A stretch of 64,000 nt of DNA from a virus, in the IMG/VR virus record IMGVR_UViG_3300046167_000659, positions 2,608 to 66,607 of that record. One strand, written 5' to 3'. This document shows positions 63,795 through 64,000 of this stretch, one piece after another (within the stretch, counting starts at the first letter, position 1; each line of letters begins with the position of its first letter). Position numbers and translations under genes: made by a program. The notes beneath the pieces were generated by a model that ran no database searches, had not been told where the DNA came from, and worked only from the letters and a program-made list of their open reading frames with translations.

Positions 63795-64000
63795 TTACTT
63801 CTATGTCTTTAACCATATCATTTAAAACTACGTCTAACGCATGATCTTCATCGTAAGGATCTAAAGCTAGATCTTTATCGTAATGTAAACCATCATTACC
63901 GTTTTGACCAATGATATTATTTCTATTAATCATAGCTTGTTCAATCTCATCTGACAAGCATCGTTTAGCAGCTTCAATGTACAACAACGCGTCCATCAAT
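63775..64000 (-). CDS. Hypothetical protein, partial
   Basis: ORF enters from beyond the window end. Confidence 0.5.
   Translation of the reverse strand, partial: LMDALLYIEAAKRCLSDEIEQAMINRNNIIGQNGNDGLHYDKDLALDPYDEDHALDVVLNDMVKDIEVNEETTL

Noticed and set aside
1-64000. Alternative genetic code (stop-codon reassignment)
   Set aside because: Long genes are open in the standard code, and the breaks are frame changes rather than in-frame TAG/TGA; no suppressor tRNA was seen.

Overview
The window is a 64 kb piece of an AT-rich tailed dsDNA phage genome, most likely podovirus-like and infecting Bacteroidota (Flavobacteriia). Host evidence is A-rich start contexts without Shine-Dalgarno motifs and the gene repertoire. 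There are three blocks. (1) 1-12.8 kb, minus strand: early/replication genes (primase-helicase N-terminus, SSB, PD-(D/E)xK exonuclease, ERF recombinase, sigma factor, HTH protein, DenV-like glycosylase, ATP-dependent ligase, KTSC, 5'(3')-nucleotidase, many small ORFs, tRNA-Gln), with nine copies of a 41-bp promoter-like motif. (2) 13.1-59.7 kb, plus strand: collagen fibre, GroEL/GroES, holins, tail fibre, terminase, portal, scaffold, major capsid, tail proteins, a ~3000-aa polyvalent virion protein and an M15 endolysin. (3) 59.7-64 kb, minus strand: class I ribonucleotide reductase and an endonuclease I-like resolvase. The most striking unexplained signal is a tiled array of five 71-88 nt structured RNAs at 8712-9115. 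It ends in a 78-nt mini-tmRNA that has a complete tRNA-like domain (G3-U70, tmRNA-type D loop, T arm) but no mRNA-like domain; two further tRNA-elbow mimics occur in the early region. Also notable are five 46-49 bp dyad elements and a giant virion protein divided by repeated ASK[DE] linkers, with a P-loop kinase nested inside a HAD phosphatase. Many genes are split by single-base homopolymer insertions, probably long-read errors, and there is a 2727-bp tandem duplication. All protein calls come from motif recognition only; no database searches or folding programs were run.
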